Positions 1-12,777 of a DNA stretch of 64,000 nt are shown piece by piece (the stretch's first letter is position 1; every line of letters begins with the position of its first letter). Both the position numbers and the translations under genes were made by a program. Source of the stretch: Eledone cirrhosa (lineage: Eukaryota); contig OZ024742.1 in NCBI GenBank assembly GCA_964016885.1, positions 295,058,001 to 295,122,000 on the forward strand, written 5' to 3'. A model generated the notes under the pieces. The model searched no databases and was not told the origin of the DNA. It worked only from the letters and a program-made list of their open reading frames with translations.

Positions 1-1561
1 GTACCGTCAAAGGTCTCGGTCCAGTGACATTGTCTTGGAGAGGTCTAAGCGTGTGAGGTCGGAATTTATCATGTCGTCCCAGGTTTTTCTGGGTCTGCCT
101 ACTCCGTGGCTACCGTCTATCTTTATTGCCCTGCACTTTGTTATACAGCTGTCGTCTTTCATGCGCATCACGTGACCGTACCAACGTAGCCTTCTTTCGA
201 GTAAACAACATCTGATCCCTCTTATTTCTAATTTTTTCCTTAGTTCGTTTATGCTTAGCCGTTCACGTATATTACTATTGCACATCCAGCGGAGCATGCA
301 AGCTTCGTTCCTCTCTAGTCTGCGTATATCCTCTGCACACAATGCCCAGGTCTCACTGCCATGCAGCATTGCTGTTCGTATGCAGGCATCGTATAACCTC
401 CCTTTCATTTTTAGGGAGAACCCTCTTGCGGCTAATAGTGGTATAAGCTCTCTGAACTTTTTCCATCCTGTTCTGACTCTAGCTAATGTACTTTCAGAGC
501 ACCCTCCCCCACTGCTGATTTTGTCACCCAGGTAACGGAAGCTGTAAAATCTATGTTCTTAGTTAGCTTACCTGTGATCCCACTACATCTTTTATGCACC
601 CATACTTTGCATTTGGGACATAAAATGGAGTTTCTACCTACGCCTTTCCTACACACTGAGCATGGCCATTTCCCGGAAGGGACCGCCGCCTTATTTTCTT
701 TCCTACAAACTAGAACTTTAGTCTTAGCCAGGTTAATTTTAAGGCCTTTTGATTCTAGGCTGTGCTTCCATGTTTGGAATTTCTTCTCTAGTTCGGTCAT
801 TGATTCAGCTATGAGCGTTAGATCATCTGCGTATAGGAGTTCCCATGGGCAGCCGGTCTTCAACTCCTCTGTTATAGCCTGAAGGGCAATAATAAATAGT
901 AGGGGGCTAAGAACAGAGCCCTGATGGACACCAACTTTTACGCTAATCTCTTCACTATATTCGTTGTTAATTCTAACCTTGCTGACTGTTTCTTTATACA
1001 TGGCTTGTATAGCTCTCACAAGCCATTCGTCAACACCTAGTTTTCTAAGAGCCCACCAGATAATGAAACGGGGGACTCTGTCGAAGGATTTCTCCAAGTC
1101 AACAAAAGCTAAGTATAGGGGTTTACTTTTAGCTAGGTACTTCTCCTGTAGTTGTCGTACAATGAAAAGAGCGTCTGTGGTACTTTTGCCTGACACAAAC
1201 CCGAACTGCATTTCATCTAGATCAATTCTCTCTCTGATTAGTTGCGCTATTACTTTTTCCGTGACCTTCATGACCTGGTCGATTAATTTAATGCCTCTAT
1301 AGTTACACCTATCTAGGGCATCTCCTTTACCCTTGTAACAGTTAATGATGATGCTGCTATGCCAGTCCTTCGGAACAACCCCATTCTGTATGACTTGGTT
1401 TACTATCCGGGTGACCATGGTGTGTCCCACTGTTCCAGAGGCTTTCAGCATCTCAGCAACTATTTCCGAAGGCCCAGCCGCCTTACCCGTCTTCATATCT
1501 TTGATTGCCTTACTTATTATACTACCTTCGATTAACACTGCTGGTCCCTCTATTGGGTCGA
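1..1561 (-). mobile_element. RTE-clade LINE (family A), 5'-truncated RT and C-terminal region; continues beyond window start
   Basis: ORF 483-1538 has RT motifs (NYRGIKL, QFGF, FVDLEKSFD, GVHQGSVLSP, LLYADD) and a Cys-rich KWPCSVC..C..C..WVHKRC segment. ORF 7-408 has the RTE C-terminus (RLRWYGHVMR, GRPRKTW). A deletion/frameshift lies near 550. Confidence 0.93.
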
Positions 1562-3675
1562 GGTGTAATGACTTGGGCTTTGGTGTTGGTGTAGAGCAGT
1601 GATATCAGGTCCACTATCTTCTTGCGGATTCCATAAGCCTGTAAGATCTTCATCAGGCTGTGATGGTCCATAGAATCAAAGGCCTTCTTAAAGTCAATGA
1701 AAACCATGACTGCAGGAAGGCTCTTTGCTCTATCTCCCTCTAATACCCTCCTCAGCATCAGGATGTGACTGGTGGTTGATCTTCCCTCTCTGAAGTCATT
1801 CTGGTTGTCCCTGAACTTCTTCTCCATCTCAGGCTGGATCCTGTTAAGAATCATCCTGTTGAGGGTCTTTGCCATAAGTGACGTCAGTGAGATCCCCCCT
1901 GTAGTTGTTGGTGTTAGAGAGTTCTCCCTTCTTTGGCACTGGGACAATGTTACTGATCCTCCACTGATTCGGGGCAACTCCTTTCTCCAGTGCCTGGTTA
2001 CAGAACTCCAGGATGATATCATCAAAATACACCTCTTCATCACCTCTGGTGCCACTCCATCTTCTCCATGAGCCTTGCCCTCCTTGATCTTCTTCTTGGC
2101 TCTCTGAAGCTCTTCTCTGGTGAAGGTTCCTGTCTCAATATCCAGTTCCTCAAACAGCCGCCTGATCTCCCCAGTGTTCTGGGCTGTGGAGGGCGGCTCT
2201 TCTAGTAGGGTCCTAAAATGGTCCAGCCATTTCCTCTTCCTATCCTCGGGCCCTGTTCCCTGGATCTGACTCAAACACATTCTCTTCCTTCCTGTGATCC
2301 CGTTGATGATCATCCAGCTCTCCTTACATCCTGACCTGTCAACCACTCTCTCCACACTTCTGATCTTCTCTATTAGTGCCTTCTCTCCTCCGTAGGATCA
2401 GCATAAAATTGGTCCTTGGCAGCTTTCAGGTGTTCTCTGGCGGCACACACTTTTGGATCTGCAGAGCTGATGTGCTTCCTCTTGTTTTTTCTCCTCAGCA
2501 CCAGGGTCTCACTTGCTTCTGCCACTGCATTGGTGAAGTGTCCGTACCTCCTCGTCACATTCTCCTCAGTCCCTTCAATCTCTCTCTCCTCTGCCTCTCC
2601 ACACAGAGCACTGAACCTGTTCCTCACTTCTACTGTGAACCTCTCCTGCAGCTTATCATCTTCTTTGAAAGCTCCCCAGTCATAGATTGGTCTCTGGGGC
2701 TGAGCCTTGCTCTTTCTTAAGCTCATCCGGACCTCACTCATAACAAGCCAGTGGTCACTGCCCAGTATACGGAAATAGTTGTATGGTTCTGTGTTCAGAA
2801 CACTATTCTGCCACTTTTTTCCTCACCAGAATTAAATCAATCTGGGACTTGGACAGATGCATATCTGAGATGTAGGTCCACATCTTCCCCAGATTCTTCC
2901 TAAACCTTAGGTAGGTTGCCATCAAGTTTGTCTCCAGCAGGGTGTCTCTCAGTAGTCTTCCATTTCGGTTGGTGTTGTTATGGAAGTACCAGCAAGGATC
3001 TTCACTGCTCTCCTTACTCAGATGTGCATTGAAGTCCCCCAGAACAAGCAAGATGTTGTGAGCTTGTGTGGTGTTGACAGCTCTACACACCTCTTCATGG
3101 AACTCTTCTGCACTCACATCACTATCTCCCTCTGTTGGACTATAGGTTGAGATGACTGTCAGTCTTGGGTTTCCCTTGAAGGTCCCCCTCAACACTTGCG
3201 GGGAGACAGATATTATTTCCCTCACCAATAGATTGGTTTTTGCATTGAAAACAAATCCTACTCCCCCTACTGCAGCATTTGTTGCGTTCGTCGCTGCTGA
3301 TGTGGTAATGAGCTGGCTCCTCTTCCCAATCATCACACTCTTCACGGCTCATCGTGTAGGATCCTGTGTTCTTGTGGCTCTAAGCTAACAGAATCATAAC
3401 GACCAGACTGCTCCTTGACAGTGTAGTTAGGGGCTCTAACCCTAGTGCTGTTAAATCGACTCTCCATGGTTCTTTTCAGGGGCTGATAATACCTTACCGG
3501 TGCCACTCGAATAAGGTAATTATTTAACCCATAAATAGGGCCCTAACAGGTACTACTGCTCCAGGCCAGAGCAGACCTGGGAGTTATGACAACAAAGGGG
3601 TAACTCCACATTACCCACAGCTCCTGCACTCCCGAATTGGAGCTTTGCCACTGGATGTAGTTTAATGTCATACCC

Positions 3676-3681
<6 letters not shown>
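1562..3681 (-). mobile_element. Different, degraded RTE-type LINE (family B): 5' UTR, AP endonuclease and N-terminal half of RT, interrupted at 1561 by family A
   Basis: ORF 2803-3345 has APE motifs (YSPTE, LGDFNAH, SQIDLIL). ORFs 1522-2355 and 1844-2032 have IVPVPKKG..NYRG, QNDFR.GRST and FIDFKKAFDS. Multiple frameshifts. The 5' end abuts (TA)n at 3682. Confidence 0.85.
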
Positions 3682-3727
<46 letters not shown>

Positions 3728-4617
3728 CAAAATTATATTAAGGATGTCATGTCTGAGAATATCAGAATCATGCGCCATACCACCATGCTCAAAATTCCAA
3801 GTAGTAAATCAGAGCATTTATATTAAATTGATCTTATATATAATTTCAGGTATTGATATTGCTTGATAATTAAGAAGATGTCACATAAGTGATGCCTGTG
3901 CTTGAAGCTTTTTCAAGTGAGGAAAGGCTTTTCACAGGGCCAATCCCACTCTCTAACATTGAATGCATTTACACAAAAAGTAGAACTGGTCTATATAATT
4001 GGATGCAAGTGAAATTGTAGATTTTACTAGAGAAATGTCTTAATGAAAACTAGCAGTCCCTCACTCTACTACCCACCTCATACATACATACATATATACA
4101 AACATACATTACATACAAACATACATACATGCATAGCATACATACATACATTACATACAAACAAACATGCATACATAAATACATACATACATATATACAA
4201 TATATATGTATGCATATAGAGACATTCACATGCATACATACTGACACATCAGAAACACACATATATATATATATATATTATTTTCTGAAGGTGTAGTGAT
4301 TTCAAAGTACCAGCTGCATTGCTTCATCTTGCTACCATTTTTCTATGCAAAAAGTAAAAACATGGTGTCCGGTGCTCCACCAATACTGTCAATCTACTGC
4401 CTTTTATATATTCATTATATATATATAATCAATTATGGAAGTGCTGGGTGATATGAAGTTTGAAAATGTTGGAATTCCAAATGCAGAAAATAGCTGTAAA
4501 TATAAATAGTAGATTGGAATATTTAGTAAAACATCACTAGAACAGAGAAATGTGGCTAGTAATATATACTGAGAATCAAACTCCATATCTCTTGAATAGC
4601 ATGTGAGTACCTTAACC

Positions 4618-4790
4618 CAGTGGTTCCCAAAGTGGGTTCCAAGAGTTCCACAAAGGAGTGTCTCGGGTTCCGTGAAAAAAAGGTTGAGTAGTATATTTAT
4701 ATTACAACCATATAACAGTATTAGACATTGGGTTTCCCCAAAACTTTCTGACCAAAAAGGGTTCCACGCTTGAAAAAATGGTTAAGGCTT
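4618..4790. mobile_element. hAT/Charlie-type MITE remnant
   Basis: Starts CAGTGGTTCCCAAAGTGGG, a Charlie-like TIR, with internal GGGTTCC subterminal repeats; the right TIR is not clear. Confidence 0.45.
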
Positions 4791-4894
4791 AACCATTACC
4801 CAATTTTCTAAGCTATTATTTATCACAATTAACTATTATTACAGCTATTCTATTTTAGTCGATCTAGCTTATATCCTCCCAAAAAGATATTTTG

Positions 4895-5080
4895 GCTTAT
4901 TGGCAGTATCGGTAGAGAATCGGACGCCATGCTTTGCAGCAAAGAGTTACGGCCCTTTATGGTCTGAGTTCAAATCCCGCTGAGGTTAACTTTGCCTTTC
5001 ATCCTTACAAGGTCGATAAAATAAAGTACCACTAATACACTGGGATAATTGGTGGCCTTGTGCCAAAAGTAGAAACAGTT
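4895..5080 (+). mobile_element. tRNA-derived SINE with Meta-like central domain
   Basis: A-box-like TGGCAGTATCGG, B-box GAGTTCAAATCC, core TAACTTTGCCTTTCATCCTTACAAGGTCGATAAAATAAAGTACCA; many copies in the window. Confidence 0.8.
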
Positions 5081-5096
5081 ATATATATATATATAT

Positions 5097-5510
5097 CATC
5101 ATAATTATCATTGTTTAACGTCTATCTTCCACACTAGCATGGGTTAGACGGGAATTGTCCCACTTGTGCTTTTTTGTCGTGACACCTACATGACCACTTT
5201 AGTCTGGACTGGATGTTCTGTGGTACCAATATAACTTTACAGAGAAAGGGTGGTTTTGGTGGGAGTGAGAGGATGGAGTAGGGGTAGTGGGTTGGGGTGC
5301 ATATTTGGTTAAGCGGTGCCTACTGTAAGTTAACTTTGTACGTAGGGAAGGTGGGTCTTCTGTATTACTGCGTAGGGAATGTAACGTCCAGTTACTGTAT
5401 GTTCACCCAAGTGAGCACTTGATGCATAGTTTCCAGTACAGCATCGCACTCTTTCATCTCCCATCACGTATACCCTATAACCACATCCACACCCAGCACC
5501 CACACCAATA
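5097..5510 (-). mobile_element. RTE 3' UTR fragment with (GAT)n tail
   Basis: Shares GTTTAACGTC..CTAGCATGGGTTAGACGG and the downstream blocks with the RTE 3' UTRs at 6196-6700 and 18150-18530. Confidence 0.65.
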
Positions 5511-5516
5511 TATGCC

Positions 5517-5705
5517 ATAATTGTTTTTATTTTTGGCACAAGGCCAGCAATTACCCAGTATATTACTGCTACTTTATTTTATCGACCCCGCAAGGATGAA
5601 AGGCAAAGTTAACCTCGGCGGGATTTGAACTCAGACCATAAAGGGACATAACTCTATGCTTCAAAGCATGGTGTCCGACTCTCCATCGATACTGCCAATC
5701 CATCA
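5517..5705 (-). mobile_element. tRNA-derived Meta-like SINE
   Basis: Reverse-complement copy of 4895-5080. Confidence 0.8.
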
Positions 5706-5849
5706 TGAAACAGTGAAAACACCACACCCCTGCTACTCACACCAACCATCACTCCCCACCACCACCTCTTCATTATGATCCTTCCTCCCACCTATTACAC
5801 ATACCAACACATTCCTTATAGCAAAACGAACTAAAGCTAACCACCATAA

Positions 5850-6195
5850 ATGAATGTGGTGGTGGTGATGATGATGGTGGTGGTGGTGGTGATGATGGTG
5901 ATGATGTTGATTTTGGTGGTGGTGTTCATGGTGGTGATGGTAATGGTGATGGTGGTGTTGATGGTGATGATATCAATGGTTATGGTGGTGATGTTGATGT
6001 TGATGGTGATAATGGTGATGATGATGATGGCAGTAATGGTGTTGATAATGAAGGTGATAGTGTGGATGGTGGTAATGATGGTGATGATGATGGCTGTGAT
6101 GATAATATCAATAGCGATGGTGGTGGTGTTGATGATGATGATGTTGATGTTGATGGTGTGGACGGTGATAAGGATGTTGATGATGATTATGGTCA
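5850..6195. repeat. (GAT/GGT)n low-complexity trinucleotide array
   Basis: Directly visible; produces spurious Ile/Thr and Met/Val ORFs. Confidence 0.9.
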
Positions 6196-7722
6196 TCATC
6201 ATCATCATCATCGTTTAACGTCCATGTTCCACGCTTGCATGGGTTTGGACGGGAGTTTTCCCACTTGAGGCAAGAGTGGTTGTCTTGCTCGCATAGGACT
6301 GTCTGGCGGGTTTTCTACAGTTGGATGCCCTTCCTAACACCAAACCACATTTACAGTGTGGGGCTGGGAGGTTTTTACCGTGTTGCCTACACGGCCACAT
6401 TACAGCATGGACTGTCTGGCGGGTTTTCTACAGCTGGATGCCCTTCCTAACACCAACCACATTTACAGTGTGGGGCTGGGAGGTTTTTACCGTGTTGCCT
6501 ACACGGCCACATTACAGCGTGGACTGTGTGTTTTTTTTTTGTCGTGACACCTACACGATCTCATTTGTTTCGGCCTGGATGTTGTGGCACCAATATAACT
6601 TTACATTGAAAGGGGCGGTGTGGATGGGGTGGGGGTAGTGGGACGGGGGTGTATTTTGTTAGAGGTGCCTACTGACTGTAGTAGGTTTCACTTTGTACTT
6701 AAGTAAGGCGGGTCTTCTCTATTACTGTGTAGCACCAAAGATCTCGGTCCAGTGACATTGTCTTGGAGAGGTGTAAGTGTGTGAGGTCGGAATTTATCAA
6801 GTCGTCCCAGGTTTTTCTGAGTCTGCCTACTCCGTGGCTACCGTCTATTTTTATTGCCCTGCACTTTTTTATACAGCTGTCGTCTTTCATGCGCATCACG
6901 TGACCATACCAACGTAGTCTTCTGTGACCTTCATGACCTGGTCAATTAATTTAATGCCTCTATAGTTTCCCCTATCTAGGACATCTCCTTTACCCTTGTA
7001 GCAGTTAATGATGATGCTACGCCAGTCCTTCGGAACAACCCCATGCTGTATGACTTGGTTTACTATCTGGGTGACCATGGTGTGTCCCACCGTTCCAGAA
7101 GCTTTTAGCATTTCAGCAACTATTTCCGAAGGCCCAGCCGCCTTACCCGTCTTCATATCTTTGATTGCCTTACTTATTATACTACCTTCGATTAACACTG
7201 CTGGTCCCTCTATTGGGTCGATGTGGGGGGAGACTGTCTTTCTCCCATTTATTCTCCTCATTTAGTAGCCTTTCGTAGTGACACTTCCAAGCTACCTTCT
7301 TATCAGCGTCTGTGATGGCAAGTACACCATCATCATTAAGGACACACTTCTCCCTGACAATATCACGATTTTCCTTGACACATTGCCTAGCAATCCTGAA
7401 CACCTCACGTTTTTGGTCCTCGCGTTGTAGAACATGCTTGAACTTTCTTTCTTCTGCTTCCCTTCTTGCGAATTACACTTGTCTCCTAGCTTCCCTCCTG
7501 GCCACTTGATAGTCTTCTCTACTTCCCCCATCCCGCCATACTTTACAAGCCTGCTTTTTGGCCTTAATTGACTCCTCCACCTTACTGTTCCACCACCATG
7601 TTACTCTCCTCCTGCCTATAGGCCTGCTCCAGCCACAGACTTCGTCTGCCGCCATCAGCAGGTTTGCTTTCAGGAATTCCCACTGTTCCTCTATATTGTA
7701 TGACTCTAAATGCTCTTCCTTA

Positions 7723-7725
<3 letters not shown>
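6196..7725 (-). mobile_element. RTE family A copy with large internal deletion and complete 3' UTR/(GAT)n tail
   Basis: Near-identical to 1-1561 and 16262-18530. The QVMKVTE region is joined directly to RRLRWYGH near 6920, so the RT core is deleted. A ~115-bp tandem duplication lies in the 3' UTR (about 6296-6525). Confidence 0.9.
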
Positions 7726-7756
<31 letters not shown>

Positions 7757-7906
7757 TTTGAGTATATGTTGGTTGTTTACCGACACCTCAGTATGCAGAT
7801 TGGAGCACTCGACAAAGTATGCAGGTTGGTTGGGTAACTCCGAAGTAATGTAAAATAAAATAATTAAGTCAAATATTTAAAATTTGGCTTCGTTTATTAA
7901 AGATGT

Positions 7907-7961
7907 ATTGCTATATATATTTCGGTGACAGCCATCATTGGCTGTGACCTCTTCAGGCAGT
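7907..7961 (-). ncRNA. Type I hammerhead ribozyme (HHR1)
   Basis: Minus strand: acugc-CUGAAGA-[ggucacagcca auga uggcugucacc]-GAAA-uauau-AUA^gcaau. Stems I and II and a palindromic stem III are present. Confidence 0.8.
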
Positions 7962-8206
7962 CCGAATTGGTGTGATAGAGACAGGTACATATGTTGTTAA
8001 AGTGTCTTACTCCGTCAATACTCCGATATGTCCAGCTCCTGGTTGAATTGTTATTTCTCTGAGGAACTGGAATCATATCTTATTTTATCTTATGATTCCA
8101 GTTCCTCAGAGAAATAACAACCCAACCAGGAGCTGGACATATCGGAGTATTGACGGAGTAAAACACTTTAACAACATGTGTACCTGTCTCTACCACACCA
8201 ATTCGG

Positions 8207-8254
8207 ACTGCCTGAAGAGGTCACAGCCAATGATGGCTGTCACCGAAATATATA
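8207..8254 (+). ncRNA. Type I hammerhead ribozyme (HHR2), split by the CR1 insertion
   Basis: actgc-CTGAAGA-stem II-GAAA-tatata; the stem I 3' strand (gcagt) is displaced to 12955. Confidence 0.75.
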
Positions 8255-8475
8255 ATAATAATAATGAAATATTGTGTACAGTGCTCAGGTGCACTACAAC
8301 TCATCAAAAAGTGTATGTATTGTACATAGGGTAATGTACAAAATGTACAAACGTCAGGAAAATGAACAGTGCATGAGTCATGATATACACATGTGTGCAT
8401 GTGTATTGAAGGGGTACATCAGATGTAGTTTTGGTGTATTTCGAGAAGCATGAGGGTTTTAAAGGATGCAATGTC

Positions 8476-11185
8476 TCAGCAGCTAACAACTGACGCAGGC
8501 AGTTTGTTCCATGCTTCAGCAACTCTGAGTATGAAAAAATGTTTACGAAAGTCATGGGAGCTCTGCTGTTTTCTGATTTTGTAGGCATGTCCACATGTGT
8601 TAGACACATGGAGATCAAAAAGGTGCTCAGGGTTGTTGTTGGCGAGATGGTTAATAACTTTGTGGGTGTTTATCAAGTCCATTGCCAGACGTCGGAGCTT
8701 CAATGAATCCATGCCCAGGGAAGCAAGGCATTCAGAGTATGGTAGGTGTCTGATAGAGGGTATGCGCTTGGTTGCACGTCTCTGAACAGTTTCCAGGGGG
8801 TCAATGTTCTGAGCAAGATAGGGGTTCCAGACTGATGATGCCAATTCCAAGTGTGGGCGTACCATAGCTGTATACAGCTTTAAATAGATGGCTGGAGAGC
8901 GGCTAACAAAGGTCTTGCTGAGTGATGCCAAGACACCCTCGGCCTTCTTGACAATCTTAGAGACATGCTTTGTCCAACGCAAATCGTTGCTGACAGTAAT
9001 GCCCAGGTCACGTTCACAAGAGGACTTCTTGATATAAGTGTTGTGGAGGGAGTATGTGGACACTGGATTTTTCCTCCCAAAATGCATGGTGGTACACTTG
9101 TCCACAGCCAGCTTCAGTTGCCAGTCTGTGATCCATTGCTGCATTGTGTCCAGGTCTGATTGTAGGAAAGAGTTGTAGATTTCAGGATAAGTCCTTTTGA
9201 TTTCAAGGAACAGCTTGATGTCATCTGCATATTTCAGTACCGTGGCATTCTTTAAGTTGGCATCTATGTCATTAATATATGCCACAAACAAAGGGGGACC
9301 AAGAACAGATCCCTGTGGTACACCAGATGACATCTCATATGGTGAAGAATGCTGTCCTAGAACCGTGACTACTTCTTTTCGGCTGAGAATGAAGGATTTC
9401 AACCAGTTAAAAAGATCATCCCTCACACCCATTGCAGTGAGTTTTGCCATAAGTCTTTTGTGTGGTACAGAATTAAAAGCCTTAGCAAAGTCAAGGTAAA
9501 CAACATCCACCCATGAGCTGCTGTCAGTGATCCGGGTGATGTCTTCAAGGAACTCGATAAGCTGATCACAGCAGCTGGAGTTAGGGATAAATCCAAACTG
9601 CGAGGGCCGGATGAGGCTGTGAGAGCTCCAGAAGTTCCAAAGTGTTTCTCTGAAACAGGATTCCATCAGTTTGGCCATACAGCTAGTAAGACTGACTGGA
9701 CGATAGTTGACAGGTGGCATGCGGTTGCCCTTTTTGAACAGGGGAATGACACTGGCACTTTTCCACTGCTCCGGAGTAGCACCATTGTTGAGACAGTATT
9801 GAAAGAAGAAAGAAAGCTGGTGCAAAAGGAAGTACCCGCCACGTTTGAGAAGCAGGTATGTAACACCATCAATACCAGGGGAGGCATAGTTGCACTTATT
9901 CTTAAGGTGACGTCGCAACATTGCAGGTGTAAATTCCATAGTTGTTATGGAATTTGATGTTAGAGATGGTGGAGATGGTACATTCTGGTTTTCAACAGTA
10001 AAAATACTTGCATAGCACTCAGCAATGAGTTCTGCGCATTCTTTGGGATCGTCAGTGATCTGGCCTGTGTGGGGATTGCGAAGAGGACCAACTGGAGAGT
10101 GAGGTCTCTGCTTTGAATGAACATATTTCCAGAACACCTTACTGTCAGGATTGGTTGCTATGCACTGTTCAAATTCAAGCACTGCCTTCTTTGTCACTTG
10201 CTTGAGATGGTTGGAAGATTTATTCCGCTTTTTTTTGTTGGCATCTGATTTATGCAGTTTATATTCCCGTTCAGCGTTCCAACGTTCTTTCCTGGCAAGT
10301 CGGACTGCTGAAGTTTCCCAAATTGTACTTTTGGGGTGGGTTTTTTTTCTGCTTACGTGGCACTGATGCTGCACATGATATCCATATTGAGTCCAGGATG
10401 CTCTGGAATATAGTGTTCACATCTCCAGAGTTATACAACTCATGCCAGTTTGGGCGCTGTAACTCAGTGCAGTGCAAGTTCCAATCTGCTTTCTTCCAAT
10501 CAAAGCAAGCAGATTGGAGATGGTTCTGGTTTTTGTTGCTGCCTGCAAGAGCCAAATTGGCAATGATTATAGCATGATCAGAGTCGCCTAGAGGTTCCTC
10601 AGTAGTACAACTGATAACCACTTCAGGAGTAGTGAGGAAGATCAGGTCCAAAGTGTTGTCACCTCTTGTTGGAGAGGTGACTACTTGTGACCAGTTTGAG
10701 TCCAGCACTAGCTCAACGAAATCGTTTGCACTTTGTGGCCAACGAAAGGTTTCCCAATCGATCTCAGGATGATTGAAGTCACCTGTAATAAACACATAAG
10801 TGGCTGTTTTCCTGGCAGCAGCTCTGAGGATATCGCAAAGCTGTATGTCCTGATGATAGTTTGGGGGGCGATAAACAACACCAAGCAGAAGTGTTGACAT
10901 GGTCATACGTATGTCACAAAAAAAAACTTCTTCTTGTGATTCATTCAAATCAACGCAAGGAATTACCGAAAAGTTTGAATGAACGTAGACCATCACACCA
11001 CCACCACGGCGATTAATGCGGTCCTTGCGGGAAAGGTTGTACCCAGTAATGCTGAAAACCCCATCACAGAGTAAGGAATGTGCCCATGTTTCCGTGACTG
11101 TGATGAAGTCACGGTCGATGCTTCTGACGTAGGAGTTAAACAGATGTATCTTGTTGCATAAACTGCGAGCATTTAAGGACAACAC
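8476..11185 (-). CDS. CR1 ORF2 (AP endonuclease + reverse transcriptase), one frameshift near 10330-10350
   Basis: NARSLCNK, VTETW, YRPP, GDFNHP, TLDLIF and SDH (APE); NYRPVSLTS, YLDFAKAFNSV, GVPQGSVLGP, KYADDIK and ERDLG (CR1 RT). The frameshift is at homopolymer runs. Confidence 0.9.
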
Positions 11186-11241
11186 TTTGAACCCTGCTTG
11201 CAGTTTATGATGGTGTGTAGAGAGTGGCAGGTTGTTCTGGT

Positions 11242-12449
11242 TTAGTTTCCCAGAGTTGTTGCAGTTTTTTCATTGCCAGTTATTGTGGGTAGAGCACACT
11301 CAGACCAGCTGGTATCTCTCTTCCACATTTCACCAGCCTTAACAAACCTCCAGATCTGCCCATCATCACGCATACTAAAACTTTCATGTTGTGCTGAGTT
11401 CCGATTCAAGGAAGCTGCAGCACGTAGCTTTGGACGTACATGGGGTGGTAGGCCTGGGCGTGTTCGGAAGGTAATCCGATTTTCACGCCCAGCTTTAACA
11501 GAGGCCAGATGATATGAAGTTGCCTCAGCGGGGTCTGAAAAAGACAGCCTGATGAGTCTGGGTTTGGGACCAGGTTGACCAAGGCGGAGAGCACCCTTTG
11601 GGGGAACACATCCTAGGTCTTTGGCTGAGCTGGCAGCAAATGCCTGAAGATCAGCCTTGTCCTCTGGTACCCCAATGGCAATTACTTCATGGGTAGCAGA
11701 TTCCGCAGTCTTCTCAGTGTGTCCAGATACGGCAAGAGGTACAGGGAGATTCTTTAGCAAGGCATTCCGATAAGACCCCTCATTGTGGGGTCCTACCCGA
11801 ATGCTTGCTTTTATTCCTGTTACTTCCCTTCTTAAAGCAAAAATCATTAGTTGCAATTCTGCAAAATCTGTACTGGTCGGTTTTATTGTTGTTGTTGTTG
11901 CTGCTGCTGCTGCTGCTGTTGTTGTTGTTGTTGGTGATGATGATGTTCCTCCACAGTCGTCGGTTGTTGGTGTCGAGATGTACAGGGAGCGGAAGACATG
12001 GGTTGTTGTTGTTTCTGATGTTCTCCCAGAGGAATAGCAGCAGAAGCCAGCGTCATAGGTTTTTGCCGTTGTTCAGTAACAATGGTAGAGGAAGATACAG
12101 TCATCGCTTTTTTTTTTTGTTGTTGTTGTTTTTCAATAACATTGGTGGAGGCAGGCACACAGGCCAGGCACTGAAAGGACCAGGATTTTAGCTGGACCAT
12201 CTCCCAGATTCCATTATGATGTCTCTTTTTGGGGCCTGGGATCCTCCGGAAGCCTGTGGTGCATTGAAGGCAGACAGAGATGCGACAGGTTCCACATTCG
12301 ACCCAGCGATTACGGAACGAGTTTTCGGGTTCCGCACAGATATGGCAGGTGTGATTTTCTGGGCAATGTTCTATTTTGTAACATCGACCAGATTTATCGC
12401 ATACTTCATCCATGGATATCACCATGGCAATTTTATTATTTCTACCCAT
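11242..12449 (-). CDS. CR1 ORF1 with N-terminal PHD-like zinc finger and CAA/CAG repeat; one frameshift/stop at the repeat
   Basis: CHIC..WVECGTC..VCLQC..FQCLAC. The downstream frame has GVPED..RLG..PRLIRLSF, typical of CR1/L2 ORF1 RRM-like regions. Confidence 0.7.
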
Positions 12450-12744
12450 CCGTAGAAAAACACAGAATGTAAACAATATAGGTTTAGCGCACTTGATTAC
12501 GATAGAAATAAAATGTCTGTTTTTTGTTGTTGTTTTTTTTTGTGTATTTTGTTTCCGTTTTTCTAAATGCTGTGTGTGTGTGTGTGTGTGTGTACAAAAG
12601 AGTCTGCGCATGTAAACAAATAAATATGCTACGTAAGTTAACGAGATAAATGTTTGTTTATGTTTTGTTTTTGTATTTCTATTTCTGTTTTCCTATGTAT
12701 TATGTGTGTGTGTATGCAACAAGATCTGCACACGAATATATAAT

Positions 12745-12777
<33 letters not shown>

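Larger units (their letters stand above)
7851..8254. mobile_element. Penelope-pLTR-like inverted repeat unit carrying two hammerhead ribozymes; right arm resumes at 12951-13014
   Basis: 7851-8077 is the reverse complement of 8091-8254 plus 12951-13014, with a 13-nt spacer. Each arm has a CTGAAGA..GAAA core followed by AATAAA. Confidence 0.75.

Noticed and set aside
553-1302. Antisense ORFs over RT regions (also 17100-17576 and 60637-61629)
   Set aside because: Shadow ORFs of the LINE coding strand with no independent signature.
1522-2355. Chimeric functional ORF joining two RTE families
   Set aside because: Explained by a 5'-truncated family A copy nested in family B; the frame is broken.
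5837-6268. Ile/Thr-, Met/Val- and Asp-rich ORFs
   Set aside because: Trinucleotide low-complexity array.
6296-6525. CRISPR-like or regulatory repeat array
   Set aside because: A simple tandem duplication in an RTE 3' UTR with no unique spacers, in a eukaryotic context.
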